From positions 1-25,647 of IMG/VR virus record IMGVR_UViG_3300020446_000073: 25,647 nt of DNA; one strand, 5' to 3'. Shown in pieces: positions 1 through 8,208 of the stretch; position 1 is the first letter of the stretch, and each line of letters opens with the position of its first letter. Origin of the DNA: a virus. Taxonomy: Duplodnaviria; Caudoviricetes. The notes beneath the pieces were generated by a model, which did not search any database, was not told the origin of the DNA, and was given only the letters and a program-made list of their open reading frames with translations. The position numbers and the translations under genes were made by a program.

Positions 1-209
1 CTAGACATAAAAGCATTGATAAATGCATCCTTGTTTGCTTTGCCTTTAACATCTCTGTAATCAACTCCAAGCATTAAGTCAGCAAATACTACAAAAGCAC
101 GTTTACCTTCTGCTTTAGTACGCTTAAGCAATCTTGAATAAGTACCTGCATGAGTCATAAACCATAAGCTGGCTTGCTCTTGAATTTCGCTAGGTGTGAA
201 TGTCTCCAT
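1..209 (-). CDS. Hypothetical protein, partial (runs off the left edge); probably first gene of a divergent early transcription unit
   Basis: ATG at 209-207 opens a stop-free frame to position 1 (METFTPSEIQEQASLWFMTHAGTYSRLLKRTKAEGKRAFVVFADLMLGVDYRDVKGKANKDAFINAFMS...). A leftward sigma70-like promoter lies upstream. Not in the ORF track. Confidence 0.7.
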   Translation of the reverse strand, partial: METFTPSEIQEQASLWFMTHAGTYSRLLKRTKAEGKRAFVVFADLMLGVDYRDVKGKANKDAFINAFMS

Positions 210-261
210 GTGTTGTTAATAAAATTAGTAAGTGACAAATCGGTAGACAACCGATACTTGT

Positions 262-290
262 AGTATTGCATTTATCCCAACACTTGTCAA
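262..290 (-). promoter_or_regulatory. Leftward sigma70-type promoter
   Basis: On the minus strand: perfect TTGACA (290-285), 17-nt spacer ending in TGc, then AATACT (267-262), which resembles an extended -10. Confidence 0.6.
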
Positions 291-307
291 GAAATTAATT
301 ACAGATA

Positions 308-336
308 TTGCAAATTTATTTATTTTTTCTTATATT
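308..336 (+). promoter_or_regulatory. Rightward sigma70-type promoter for the HTH/terminase genes
   Basis: TTGCAA (308-313), 17 nt, TATATT (331-336), 22 nt upstream of ATG 359. The region is very AT-rich, so a chance match is possible. Confidence 0.5.
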
Positions 337-358
337 TTAATTAATTTATTATTCCTAA

Positions 359-634
359 ATGACAGCAATTACTCAATTAACCAGAGAATACATTGCTGTT
401 AATTCTGAAGGTTACCGTATCGGGTCTAGCCACCATAACTGTAAAATTTCTGATCTAACTATTGACGCTATCAGGGATTTAAATGAAGAGGGATTAGGTT
501 ACGGTACTCTTAGCACTATTTTTAATTTACCAAGAGGTACAATTGCCAAAATCTGTAAATACCAAATCCGTGGGCAAACTCCAGACCGTTGGAAAACAAT
601 CTTCAAAACTAGGACGACCTACAGAGAAAGTTGA
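359..634 (+). CDS. Small helix-turn-helix DNA-binding protein
   Basis: GSSHHNCKISDLTIDAIRDL..EGLGYGTLSTIFNLPRGTIAKICK matches the G-x-x-H-x-x-x-K-L-T...IR...G...HTH pattern seen in phage HTH proteins and at the C-terminus of some HNH proteins. Confidence 0.65.
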   Translation: MTAITQLTREYIAVNSEGYRIGSSHHNCKISDLTIDAIRDLNEEGLGYGTLSTIFNLPRGTIAKICKYQIRGQTPDRWKTIFKTRTTYRES

Positions 635-1028
635 TCCTGTTGAAGCTACAAAAATTTGTGAATGGATTGCTCATGGTAAAACTTTGAGGGAATATTGCCG
701 GAAAAAAGGTAGCGTTCAATGGAGAACTATTTATAAATGGTTAGATAAAGATGAAGAGTTTCGGTCAGCCTTCGCACGTGCGAGGGATACAGGCTGTGAG
801 ATTCTCTTTGAGGAATGTTTAGAGCTAATTGATACTCCACCAGTTATGTGCGGTTCTGATGGCAATGAGAGGATAGATCCAGCGTTCATAAACTGGCAGA
901 AGAACAGAGTTGAGACTAGGTTTAAAATGCTTTCTAAATTCAATCCAAAACGGTTTGGAGACAAGTTAGGTGTTGATGCACAAGGAGATATTAACTTAAC
1001 TATTAGTACTGGCCTACCGCAGGGATGA
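543..1028 (+). CDS. terS: Terminase small subunit (Sf6-like); the real start may be GTG 570
   Basis: GRP...ICEWIAHGKTLREYCR...WRTIYKWL..DEEF..AFARAR HTH plus a C-terminal R....LSK.NPKRFGDK motif; directly upstream of terL with an ATGA overlap. Confidence 0.85.
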   Translation: MPKSVNTKSVGKLQTVGKQSSKLGRPTEKVDPVEATKICEWIAHGKTLREYCRKKGSVQWRTIYKWLDKDEEFRSAFARARDTGCEILFEECLELIDTPPVMCGSDGNERIDPAFINWQKNRVETRFKMLSKFNPKRFGDKLGVDAQGDINLTISTGLPQG

Positions 1029-2350
1029 ACATAAGCCTTAATTACACTCCAAGAGCGTGGCAAAAGGCTTGTCATTTAAAGAAACAACGCTTTTCCGTGT
1101 ATGCGCTCCACAGACGTAGTGGCAAGACAGAGCTTGCGATCATGGAACTTATAGACAAAGCGATTAAGACAGACAAAGAGCTAGGTATGTTTGTGTACGT
1201 TGCACCGTTCCTGAGACAGGCAAAAGCAATTGCATGGGCTAGGTTAAAACAAAAGCTAGAACCGTTGCGTAGGCAGTCTGTAATCGAGATAAACGAAGGA
1301 GAACTATCCGTAAGGTTTAAACATAATGGAGCAATCATTCGCTTGTTTGGAGGTGATAACCCAGACGCAATGCGAGGATTAAGAATCGATGGTTGTGTAA
1401 TAGACGAGGTAGCCCAGATCAAAAACGAACTATGGTCAGATATTGTTCAACCGGCACTCTCAGACAGATTAGGATGGTCACTCTTTATAGGCACTCCGCA
1501 GGGCATAAATTTATTTAGTGAATTGTATTACAAAGCCATAGAGGAAGACGGATGGGCAGCAGCTAGATATACAGTATTTGATACTGATTCCCTACATCCT
1601 AACGAGGTAACTCGTCTTAAACGAGACATGAGTGAGACTTCCTTTGCTCGTGAGTATCTATGCGACTTTTCAGCACAAGGTGATGATCAACTTATTGCAT
1701 TGGCAGATACTGAGGATGCAGCAAAAAGAACGTACCAACAAGACCATGTCAAACTGTCACCAATAGTGCTAGGTATCGACCCTGCAAGGTTTGGAGATGA
1801 TAGGTCGGTAATATTTCGTAGGCAAGGTAGACAGGCATTTGAACCAGTTGTATATCGAGGTATAGACAACATGGAACTAGCAGCCAGAGTAGCCAACTTG
1901 ATAGAGGAATATGATCCAGATGCAGTGTTCTGCGATGCAGGTGCAGGTAGTGGCGTGATTGACAGACTAAGGCAGTTGTCGTATGACGTAATCGAAATAC
2001 CGTTTGGTGGTAAAGCAATGAAACCAGAGCAATACATCAACCGCAGAAGTGAGATGTGGTGGTTAATGAAACAATGGATAGAGGAGGGTGGAGCAATACC
2101 AAACGATGTAGCGTTAAAACAAGAACTAGCAACACCAATTTATTGGTACGACAATGTGGGTAGACGAGTGCTTGAGTCTAAGGATCAAATCAAGAAGAGA
2201 TTACAGGGAGCAGGCTCACCAGATTTAGCTGATGCACTAGCACTAACCTTTGCCCTGCCAGTAGCCAAGAAAGTACCAGAAGATATATATATCAAAAGAC
2301 GCAAAGTATCTACACAGAAAGCAGATTATGACCCATACAAAGCACTTTAA
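1025..2350 (+). CDS. terL: Terminase large subunit
   Basis: Walker A HRRSGKT, Walker B GCVIDEVAQ, coupling motif IGTPQG, RNase H-like nuclease LGIDPARFGDD and SPDLADALALTF. Confidence 0.96.
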   Translation: MNISLNYTPRAWQKACHLKKQRFSVYALHRRSGKTELAIMELIDKAIKTDKELGMFVYVAPFLRQAKAIAWARLKQKLEPLRRQSVIEINEGELSVRFKHNGAIIRLFGGDNPDAMRGLRIDGCVIDEVAQIKNELWSDIVQPALSDRLGWSLFIGTPQGINLFSELYYKAIEEDGWAAARYTVFDTDSLHPNEVTRLKRDMSETSFAREYLCDFSAQGDDQLIALADTEDAAKRTYQQDHVKLSPIVLGIDPARFGDDRSVIFRRQGRQAFEPVVYRGIDNMELAARVANLIEEYDPDAVFCDAGAGSGVIDRLRQLSYDVIEIPFGGKAMKPEQYINRRSEMWWLMKQWIEEGGAIPNDVALKQELATPIYWYDNVGRRVLESKDQIKKRLQGAGSPDLADALALTFALPVAKKVPEDIYIKRRKVSTQKADYDPYKAL

Positions 2351-2888
2351 ACGTATAGCTACAGGCTTAGATGTAGAGCCATTACTCCAATTATTAGACA
2401 ATAAACCAGAACTGTGGACAGAAATAACAGCACGTCAAAAATTTACTGGCACACCACATAAAGATACAGAGTCAATATATGTTCGTGGGCCACTAAAAAT
2501 GAGTCAATACTATGTTATTTGGGATACAGGATCATACGATTATCCGTGTATGGAATATTTAAAACCTGCGTTAGTGCCATTAATGCAACCAATACTTAAA
2601 CAGCTAAAAGTTGAAGACATGGGTAGGGTATTAATTGTAAATTTAAAACCTAGTGGTCATGTAACTAAACATAACGACCAAGGAACGTATGCAGATCACT
2701 ACAGTAGGTTTCATATTGTCCTTAAATCTAACCAATGGTGTAGTCAAACTTGTGGAGATCAGGAGCAAAAGTTTGAGGTAGGCGATGTTTGGTGGTTTAA
2801 CCATAAAAAACTACACACAGCACACAATATTGGCATGACAGACAGAGTGCATATAATATTTGATTGTGTTCCTAAAAATTCTTTATGA
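2328..2888 (+). CDS. 2OG-Fe(II) dioxygenase of the aspartyl/asparaginyl beta-hydroxylase / proline hydroxylase family
   Basis: HxD (KHND), RFHIVL, WWFNHKKLH (distal His), and N....RVHIIFD carrying the 2OG-binding Arg. Confidence 0.85.
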   Translation: MTHTKHFKRIATGLDVEPLLQLLDNKPELWTEITARQKFTGTPHKDTESIYVRGPLKMSQYYVIWDTGSYDYPCMEYLKPALVPLMQPILKQLKVEDMGRVLIVNLKPSGHVTKHNDQGTYADHYSRFHIVLKSNQWCSQTCGDQEQKFEVGDVWWFNHKKLHTAHNIGMTDRVHIIFDCVPKNSL

Positions 2889-3394
2889 CCAGTGTGACCG
2901 TAACTACTGATAGTACAGCTACTGTAGACAAAAGTAGGATATCCAAAACGGAAATCAAACTTGCCACAGTTGACGAAATGTTGGCAGAAGCCCAAACATT
3001 GTTTGACGAGCATTACGAAGAGATTGCACGCAACAAACACGTTATGGTGCTAAAACCAGACGAAGAAACGTACCGTAAGTCTGAAGAGATGGGTACTATT
3101 TTTATATTGTCAGCTAGGCAAAACGATAAGTTAATTGGTTATTCTGTTAATTTTGTCACTAATCATTTACATTATGCCGATTTAAAACTAGCCCAAAATG
3201 ATTTGTTGTTTATTAGCAAAGAACACAGGGGTGGCAGAGTCGGTTTAAAGTTAATAAAAGAGACAGAAAAACACGCAACATTGCTCGGATGCAAACTTAT
3301 GTTATGGCACGCCAAAGAAAGCACCACCTTGGCTCATATGCTACCGAGATTAAAATATGGTGTACAAGATATTATCTTTTCTAAGGAGCTATGA
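2885..3394 (+). CDS. GNAT-family acetyltransferase
   Basis: IKLAT first strand, ARQNDKLIGY, acetyl-CoA motif A LFISKEHRGGRVGLKLIKETEK, and C-terminal RLKY. Confidence 0.8.
   Translation: MTSVTVTTDSTATVDKSRISKTEIKLATVDEMLAEAQTLFDEHYEEIARNKHVMVLKPDEETYRKSEEMGTIFILSARQNDKLIGYSVNFVTNHLHYADLKLAQNDLLFISKEHRGGRVGLKLIKETEKHATLLGCKLMLWHAKESTTLAHMLPRLKYGVQDIIFSKEL
2892..2925 (+). promoter_or_regulatory. Phage late-type promoter, copy 1
   Basis: GTGTGACCGTAA (2892-2903), 16 nt, TACTGT (2920-2925). Confidence 0.65.
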
Positions 3395-3395
3395 C

Positions 3396-3719
3396 ATGGC
3401 TATTACGACAGCTATAGCAGCAGTTGCTAGCACTGGTTATCAAATTTACCAAGGGCAGCAACAGAAAAAGCAACAAAAAAAACAATTAGCTATGCAACGA
3501 CAAGCAAATGAAGATGCTAGAAAAACAGCAAAAGCAGAAGCTGATCGTGCTGACATGGAGTACAACAAAGCAAACAGACAGACAGCAGATGTTGGTGCTA
3601 TAGGTGACGAAAGTGTATTAGCAGGTAAAGGTGGTGCAGCAGGTACTATGCTTACTGGCAACATGGGTGTAGATCCAAATCAATTAAATCTAGGCAAATC
3701 CACCTTATTAGGCGGTTAA
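3396..3719 (+). CDS. Small Ala/Gln/Gly-rich pre-portal virion protein (position like T7 gp7.3)
   Basis: AAGGAG at 3383-3388 favours ATG 3396 over the ORF-track start at 3357. It has a hydrophobic N-terminus, a coiled coil, and the C-terminal TMLTG..GV...LGKSTLLGG typical of pre-portal proteins of this phage group. Confidence 0.7.
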   Translation: MAITTAIAAVASTGYQIYQGQQQKKQQKKQLAMQRQANEDARKTAKAEADRADMEYNKANRQTADVGAIGDESVLAGKGGAAGTMLTGNMGVDPNQLNLGKSTLLGG

Positions 3720-3722
3720 TCA

Positions 3723-5399
3723 ATGTACGAAACCAAGAGAAGTAAATTATTGACAAGGTGGGGTCATCTTCGATCAGAAAGGGCTACTTGGTGGTCGCAT
3801 TGGCAAGAAGTAACGACATATTTACTGCCAAGAAATGGACGTTATTTTGTACAAGATAGAAACAAAGGGCATAGAAGACATAACTCGATATACGACAATA
3901 CAGGTACAAGAGCATTAAGAACGTTAGGTGCAGGTATGATGGCCGGTGCAACATCCCCTGCAAGACCTTGGTTTAGGTTAGGTACAGTTGATCCAGAACT
4001 AAATAAATATCCACCAGTAAAAATGTGGCTACACGATGTCACAGAACGTATGCAATTAGTGTTTACTAAATCTAATACATACAGGACATTACATAGTATT
4101 TATGAAGAGTTAGGAGCATTTGGCACAGCAGGGTCAATTATTCTACCTGACATGAAAAACGCAATACATCATTACCCAGTAACGTGTGGTGAATATGCAA
4201 TTGCTACAGATTATCAAGGCAGAGTTAATACATTGTTTAGAGAATTTCAAAAAACAGTAGGAGAAACGGTAAGAGAATTTGGATATAACAATTGTTCAAC
4301 GTCTGTTAAAAACTTGCACGACAGAGGTTCACTAGATCAGTGGATAACTATTATTCATGCAATAGAACCAAGAGATGATAGAGAACGTGATTTTAGTAAG
4401 AAAGACAATATGAACATGGCATATAAATCTTGTTATTTTGAGCAAGGTGGTGAAGGCGATAAAGTGTTAAGAGAAAGTGGATTTAAAGATTTTCCTGTAG
4501 TTGTACCAAGATGGGGTATATCTGGTGGCGATATTTATGGTAATTCACCGGGTATGGAAGCATTAGGCGACATAAAACAGCTACAACATGAGCAATTACG
4601 CAAGGCACAAGGCATTGATTACCAAACAAAACCACCATTACAAGTACCTAGTTACCTTAAAAACCGTGATGTAGATAGTTTGCCGGGTGGCGTTACATTT
4701 ATTGATGGGCAGCAAGGCAAGATTGAGACAGCATTTAACGTAAATTTAAACTTACAACACTTGTTAATGGACATACAAGACGTAAGGCAACGCATAAATG
4801 GTAGTTTTTATGCTGATTTGTTTCTTATGTTGGCCAATGCTACTGACACAAGAATGACTGCAACTGAAGTAGCAGAACGTCACGAAGAAAAATTACTAAT
4901 GTTAGGGCCTGTTTTAGAAAGATTACATAACGAATTATTAGATCCGTTAATAGATATTACATTTAGCAGAATGATAGAAGCAGATTTAGTGCCACCTGCA
5001 CCAGAAGAATTGCAAGGTATGGAATTAAATGTAGAGTTTGTATCTATGTTGGCACAAGCTCAACGTGCTATTGGTACAAATAGTGTTGATAGATATACAA
5101 ATACAATGGGTGCTATTGCACAAATGAAGCCTGATGTACTTGATAAATTTGATTCTGATGCATGGGCAGATAGTTATGCTGATATGTTAGGCATTGATCC
5201 GTCATTAATAGTACCCGGACAAGTTGTAGCTAAGATACGACAACAAAGAGCACAGGCACAACAGGCAGCAGCACAAGCAGAACAACAGCAACAAGCAGTA
5301 GAAAACATGGCAAAACTTGGTAAAGTAGACTCAGGTAATGCTATGGATATAATGAACCAGTTTAGTGGTTACAATTCACCATCACCATTGGAGGTATAA
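3723..5399 (+). CDS. Portal (head-to-tail connector), T7 gp8 / BPP-1 Bbp21 family
   Basis: 558 aa with motifs TSPARPWFRL, PRW....GDIYGNSPGMEALGD, MTATEVAERHEEKLLMLGPVLERL and EFVSMLAQAQR. Confidence 0.95.
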   Translation: MYETKRSKLLTRWGHLRSERATWWSHWQEVTTYLLPRNGRYFVQDRNKGHRRHNSIYDNTGTRALRTLGAGMMAGATSPARPWFRLGTVDPELNKYPPVKMWLHDVTERMQLVFTKSNTYRTLHSIYEELGAFGTAGSIILPDMKNAIHHYPVTCGEYAIATDYQGRVNTLFREFQKTVGETVREFGYNNCSTSVKNLHDRGSLDQWITIIHAIEPRDDRERDFSKKDNMNMAYKSCYFEQGGEGDKVLRESGFKDFPVVVPRWGISGGDIYGNSPGMEALGDIKQLQHEQLRKAQGIDYQTKPPLQVPSYLKNRDVDSLPGGVTFIDGQQGKIETAFNVNLNLQHLLMDIQDVRQRINGSFYADLFLMLANATDTRMTATEVAERHEEKLLMLGPVLERLHNELLDPLIDITFSRMIEADLVPPAPEELQGMELNVEFVSMLAQAQRAIGTNSVDRYTNTMGAIAQMKPDVLDKFDSDAWADSYADMLGIDPSLIVPGQVVAKIRQQRAQAQQAAAQAEQQQQAVENMAKLGKVDSGNAMDIMNQFSGYNSPSPLEV

Positions 5400-5774
5400 A
5401 TGGATTTAATTGATTTAAAAAAAGATCCACAACCTATTGACAGTAAAGAAATGTTTGACGAGCCGATGTATAGCTACGGTTTGTGTATATCTTTAGGTAA
5501 AGAAGAATTACAAAAATTAGGCATAGAAAAACTACCGGAAGCAGGTACTGAAATGATGCTAAAAGCAAAAGCATATGTCAAAACAGTCAGGGAAAGTCAA
5601 GAAAAAGATGGCGTAGAACAAAATGTTGAGCTACAAATATGTGCAATGGCTATTGAACCAATAGATAAAACTGGTGATCAAGCTGATGGATTGTATGGAG
5701 ACAAGGCATCTGCACCACCAAAAGCACAGCCTGTTACTACACCCACTACAGGTACTTATCTAACCGGAGGTTAA
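5400..5774 (+). CDS. Capsid staple-like protein (epsilon15 gp10-like)
   Basis: YSYGLCISL..EELQKLGI..LPEAG......A.V..V........VELQI resembles the epsilon15 gp10 pattern. Confidence 0.65.
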   Translation: MDLIDLKKDPQPIDSKEMFDEPMYSYGLCISLGKEELQKLGIEKLPEAGTEMMLKAKAYVKTVRESQEKDGVEQNVELQICAMAIEPIDKTGDQADGLYGDKASAPPKAQPVTTPTTGTYLTGG

Positions 5775-5776
5775 TT

Positions 5777-5965
5777 ATGTTTGGTAAAAAAAAGACTGAC
5801 AAAAAAGGAAAAAAAGGAGGAATTGAAGGTGCAGAAAAAATCATTCCTAGAAAAATAGAACGTAAAGTAAAGACGTTAGAAGCCATGAAAGAAGGCGGCA
5901 TGGCAAGTGAAGCAGAATTAAAAGAATTAGAAAAACTTAAAAAACTTTACCCATCAATGTTTTAA
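5777..5965 (+). CDS. Small Lys-rich hypothetical protein
   Basis: GGAGG RBS just upstream, tightly packed between neighbours, 62 aa. Confidence 0.7.
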   Translation: MFGKKKTDKKGKKGGIEGAEKIIPRKIERKVKTLEAMKEGGMASEAELKELEKLKKLYPSMF

Positions 5966-5967
5966 TC

Positions 5968-6123
5968 ATGAGTTTGTACGAAAACATACACGCAAAACGT
6001 AAAAGAATTAAAGCTGGTTCTGGCGAGCGTATGAAAAAGAAAGGTGAAAAGGGTAGGCCAACTGCTAAAGATTTTAAAAACGCAGCAAAAACTGCAAAAA
6101 AAATGTATCCTAATCAAAAATAG
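5968..6123 (+). CDS. Small basic protein (51 aa), LYxNIHAKRKRI family common in marine phages
   Basis: Translated by hand: MSLYENIHAKRKRIKAGSGERMKKKGEKGRPTAKDFKNAAKTAKKMYPNQK*. It fills the gap exactly and is below the ORF-track size cutoff. Confidence 0.85.
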   Translation: MSLYENIHAKRKRIKAGSGERMKKKGEKGRPTAKDFKNAAKTAKKMYPNQK

Positions 6124-6157
6124 GTGTGACCATAACCAAGTTATAACTAGATATATT
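6124..6157 (+). promoter_or_regulatory. Phage late-type promoter, copy 2 (head genes)
   Basis: GTGTGACCATAA (6124-6135), 16 nt, TATATT (6152-6157). Confidence 0.75.
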
Positions 6158-6162
6158 TAAGC

Positions 6163-6507
6163 ATGAGCGAATATAACCCTCTCGATCTTAAAGGTCAACA
6201 AAAATCTAAAGACAATAAAAAGTTTGTAGACAGAATTGACCGACAGAACGAGGAAGCGGATATAAAATGGCTCATGAGCAGCAAGAGGGGTCGCAGATTT
6301 GTCTGGAGACTTCTGGAAATGGCAGGTGTATTTCGATCATCGTTCAACACTAACGCAATGGCAATGTCATTTAGCGAAGGTAACAGAAACTATGGTTTGC
6401 AACTCCTTAACCAAGTCCACACTCTCTGCCCAGAACTGTATCCGACAATGATTAAGGAACAACAAAATGTCAGAAACGCTGATGACGGAAGCCAACCAAA
6501 CAAATGA
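6163..6507 (+). CDS. Bbp19-like head-associated protein
   Basis: DIKWLMSSKRGRRFVWRLLE.AGVFRSSF......F.EG.RN.GL pattern, located between portal and scaffold. Confidence 0.8.
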   Translation: MSEYNPLDLKGQQKSKDNKKFVDRIDRQNEEADIKWLMSSKRGRRFVWRLLEMAGVFRSSFNTNAMAMSFSEGNRNYGLQLLNQVHTLCPELYPTMIKEQQNVRNADDGSQPNK

Positions 6508-7150
6508 AGGCGACACGCAGCAAACAGTAGACGCAACAACTGAGCAATCAACTGAAGCAACTACTGACACACAGCAGCAAGCTGAAAGTGTACAGGATCA
6601 ACAAGTTTCGGATGAAACCGCTGTTGAAAGTGAAACTAGCGATCAGGAAGCACCACAAGGAGCACCTGAGACATACGAGTTTAATACGAAAATTACTGAC
6701 GATTCTTCTGAACTCGACCCCGAAGTAGTAACTGCATTCGGTGAAGTCGCTAAAGAACTTGACCTGCCACAAGATGCTGCACAAAAAGTATTAGACAAAG
6801 TTGCACCTGTTATACAGGCAAAACAAGCCAAAGTACTAGAGCAAGTAAAACTTGAGTGGGCTAATGATTCACAAGCTGATAAAGAATTTGGCGGTGAAAA
6901 TTTAGCTGAAAATCTTAATGTTGCTAAACAAGCTTTAGATGCTTTTGGTTCTGATTCTTTGAAGTCGCTGCTGCATGAAACAGGCTTTGGAAATCACCCT
7001 GAGATAATCAGGTTTATGTACAAAGCAGGTAAGGCAATTAGTGAAGACAGTTATGTTGGTAATTCAGAAGGTGCTATGTCTGAAGGGGCAGATCCTAAAG
7101 ATTTTAACAGCATTGCTAACGCACTATATTCAAATCAGCAAAACAAGTAA
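6467..7150 (+). CDS. Capsid scaffolding protein
   Basis: Acidic low-complexity N-terminus, APETYEF, AKELDL.QD.AQK, W......DKEFGG, TGFGNHPEIIRF..AGKAISED; directly before the major capsid gene. Confidence 0.85.
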   Translation: MSETLMTEANQTNEGDTQQTVDATTEQSTEATTDTQQQAESVQDQQVSDETAVESETSDQEAPQGAPETYEFNTKITDDSSELDPEVVTAFGEVAKELDLPQDAAQKVLDKVAPVIQAKQAKVLEQVKLEWANDSQADKEFGGENLAENLNVAKQALDAFGSDSLKSLLHETGFGNHPEIIRFMYKAGKAISEDSYVGNSEGAMSEGADPKDFNSIANALYSNQQNK

Positions 7151-7161
7151 GGAGTTATTAA

Positions 7162-8181
7162 ATGGCTACACTCTCAACCTCAAATTTAACACTAGCGGAT
7201 TGGGCAAAAAGATCTGACCCAGACGGTAGAGTTCCCATCGTTGCAGAGCTACTATCTCAAACCAACGAAATATTAGATGATTGCGTTTTTAAAGAAGGTA
7301 ATTTACCTACTGGTGAACGTGTAATTATCAGAACTGGTTTACCATCAGTTTATTTTCGTGCATTAAATCAAGGTATTCCCGGCAGCAAATCAACAACTGC
7401 TCAAGTTGATGAAGCTTGTGCAATCCTTGAAGCACGTTCTGAGGTAGACAAAGACTTGGCAATGTTAAATGGTAACACTGCACAGTTCCGTTTATCTGAA
7501 GACACTGCGTTCTTGGAAGCAATGAACCAGACTCAAGCTGAGACAATGTTTTACGGCAACCCCGGAACAGATCCTAAAAAGTTTTTAGGTCTTGCACCAA
7601 GATATGGTGATCTTTCCGCAGATAATGCTGTAAACATACTTGATGCAGGTGGAACAGGTTCTGATAACGCTTCTGTATATTTAGTTGTTTGGGGTGATCA
7701 AACTGTATATTGTCCTTTTCCTAAAGGATCTAAAGCAGGTTTAACTCACGAAGATCTTGGCGAGCAAACTGTATACAACAGTGACGGCACAAGACTACAA
7801 GCTTTTGCTACTCGTTATCAGTGGAAAAATGGATTAGTTGTTAAAGATTGGAGATACGTTGTTCGTATTTGCAATGTTGACATTTCTGATTTACTTGGTG
7901 TTACTGGCACACAATCAGCTTCTGCTGCAACTTCTCTTATCAAATTAATGGCAAGAGCAACTTACAGAATACCAAACATGGCAATGGGTAGAGCAGCATT
8001 CTATATGAACAGAACAGTTCATTCTGGATTGTCTATTGCAGCATTAGATAAATCACAAAATGTTTTAAAAATACAAGAAGGTTTATCACAGTTTGGAACA
8101 GCTAAAAGCTACTTATCATTCTTGGGTACTCCAATAAGACAGGTTGATTCGTTAATTAACAACGAAGCTCGTGTAGTTTAA
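7162..8181 (+). CDS. Major capsid protein (BPP-1 Bbp17 / epsilon15 gp7 type, HK97-like fold)
   Basis: AAGGAG RBS; LTLADWAKR.DP, ELLSQTNEIL.D, RTGLP, F.GLAPRY, DWRYVVRICN, F.G.PIR..D motifs. Confidence 0.93.
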   Translation: MATLSTSNLTLADWAKRSDPDGRVPIVAELLSQTNEILDDCVFKEGNLPTGERVIIRTGLPSVYFRALNQGIPGSKSTTAQVDEACAILEARSEVDKDLAMLNGNTAQFRLSEDTAFLEAMNQTQAETMFYGNPGTDPKKFLGLAPRYGDLSADNAVNILDAGGTGSDNASVYLVVWGDQTVYCPFPKGSKAGLTHEDLGEQTVYNSDGTRLQAFATRYQWKNGLVVKDWRYVVRICNVDISDLLGVTGTQSASAATSLIKLMARATYRIPNMAMGRAAFYMNRTVHSGLSIAALDKSQNVLKIQEGLSQFGTAKSYLSFLGTPIRQVDSLINNEARVV

Positions 8182-8208
8182 TTTTTATTTTATTAAAGGA
8201 GATCTAAA

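Noticed and set aside
193-204. GGTGTGAATGTC as a fifth copy of the late promoter box
   Set aside because: Only GTGTGA matches, the CCRTAA half is absent, and it lies inside the leftward CDS.
3357-3395. ORF-track start at 3357 for the pre-portal protein
   Set aside because: It overlaps the GNAT gene; ATG 3396 has a well-spaced AAGGAG.
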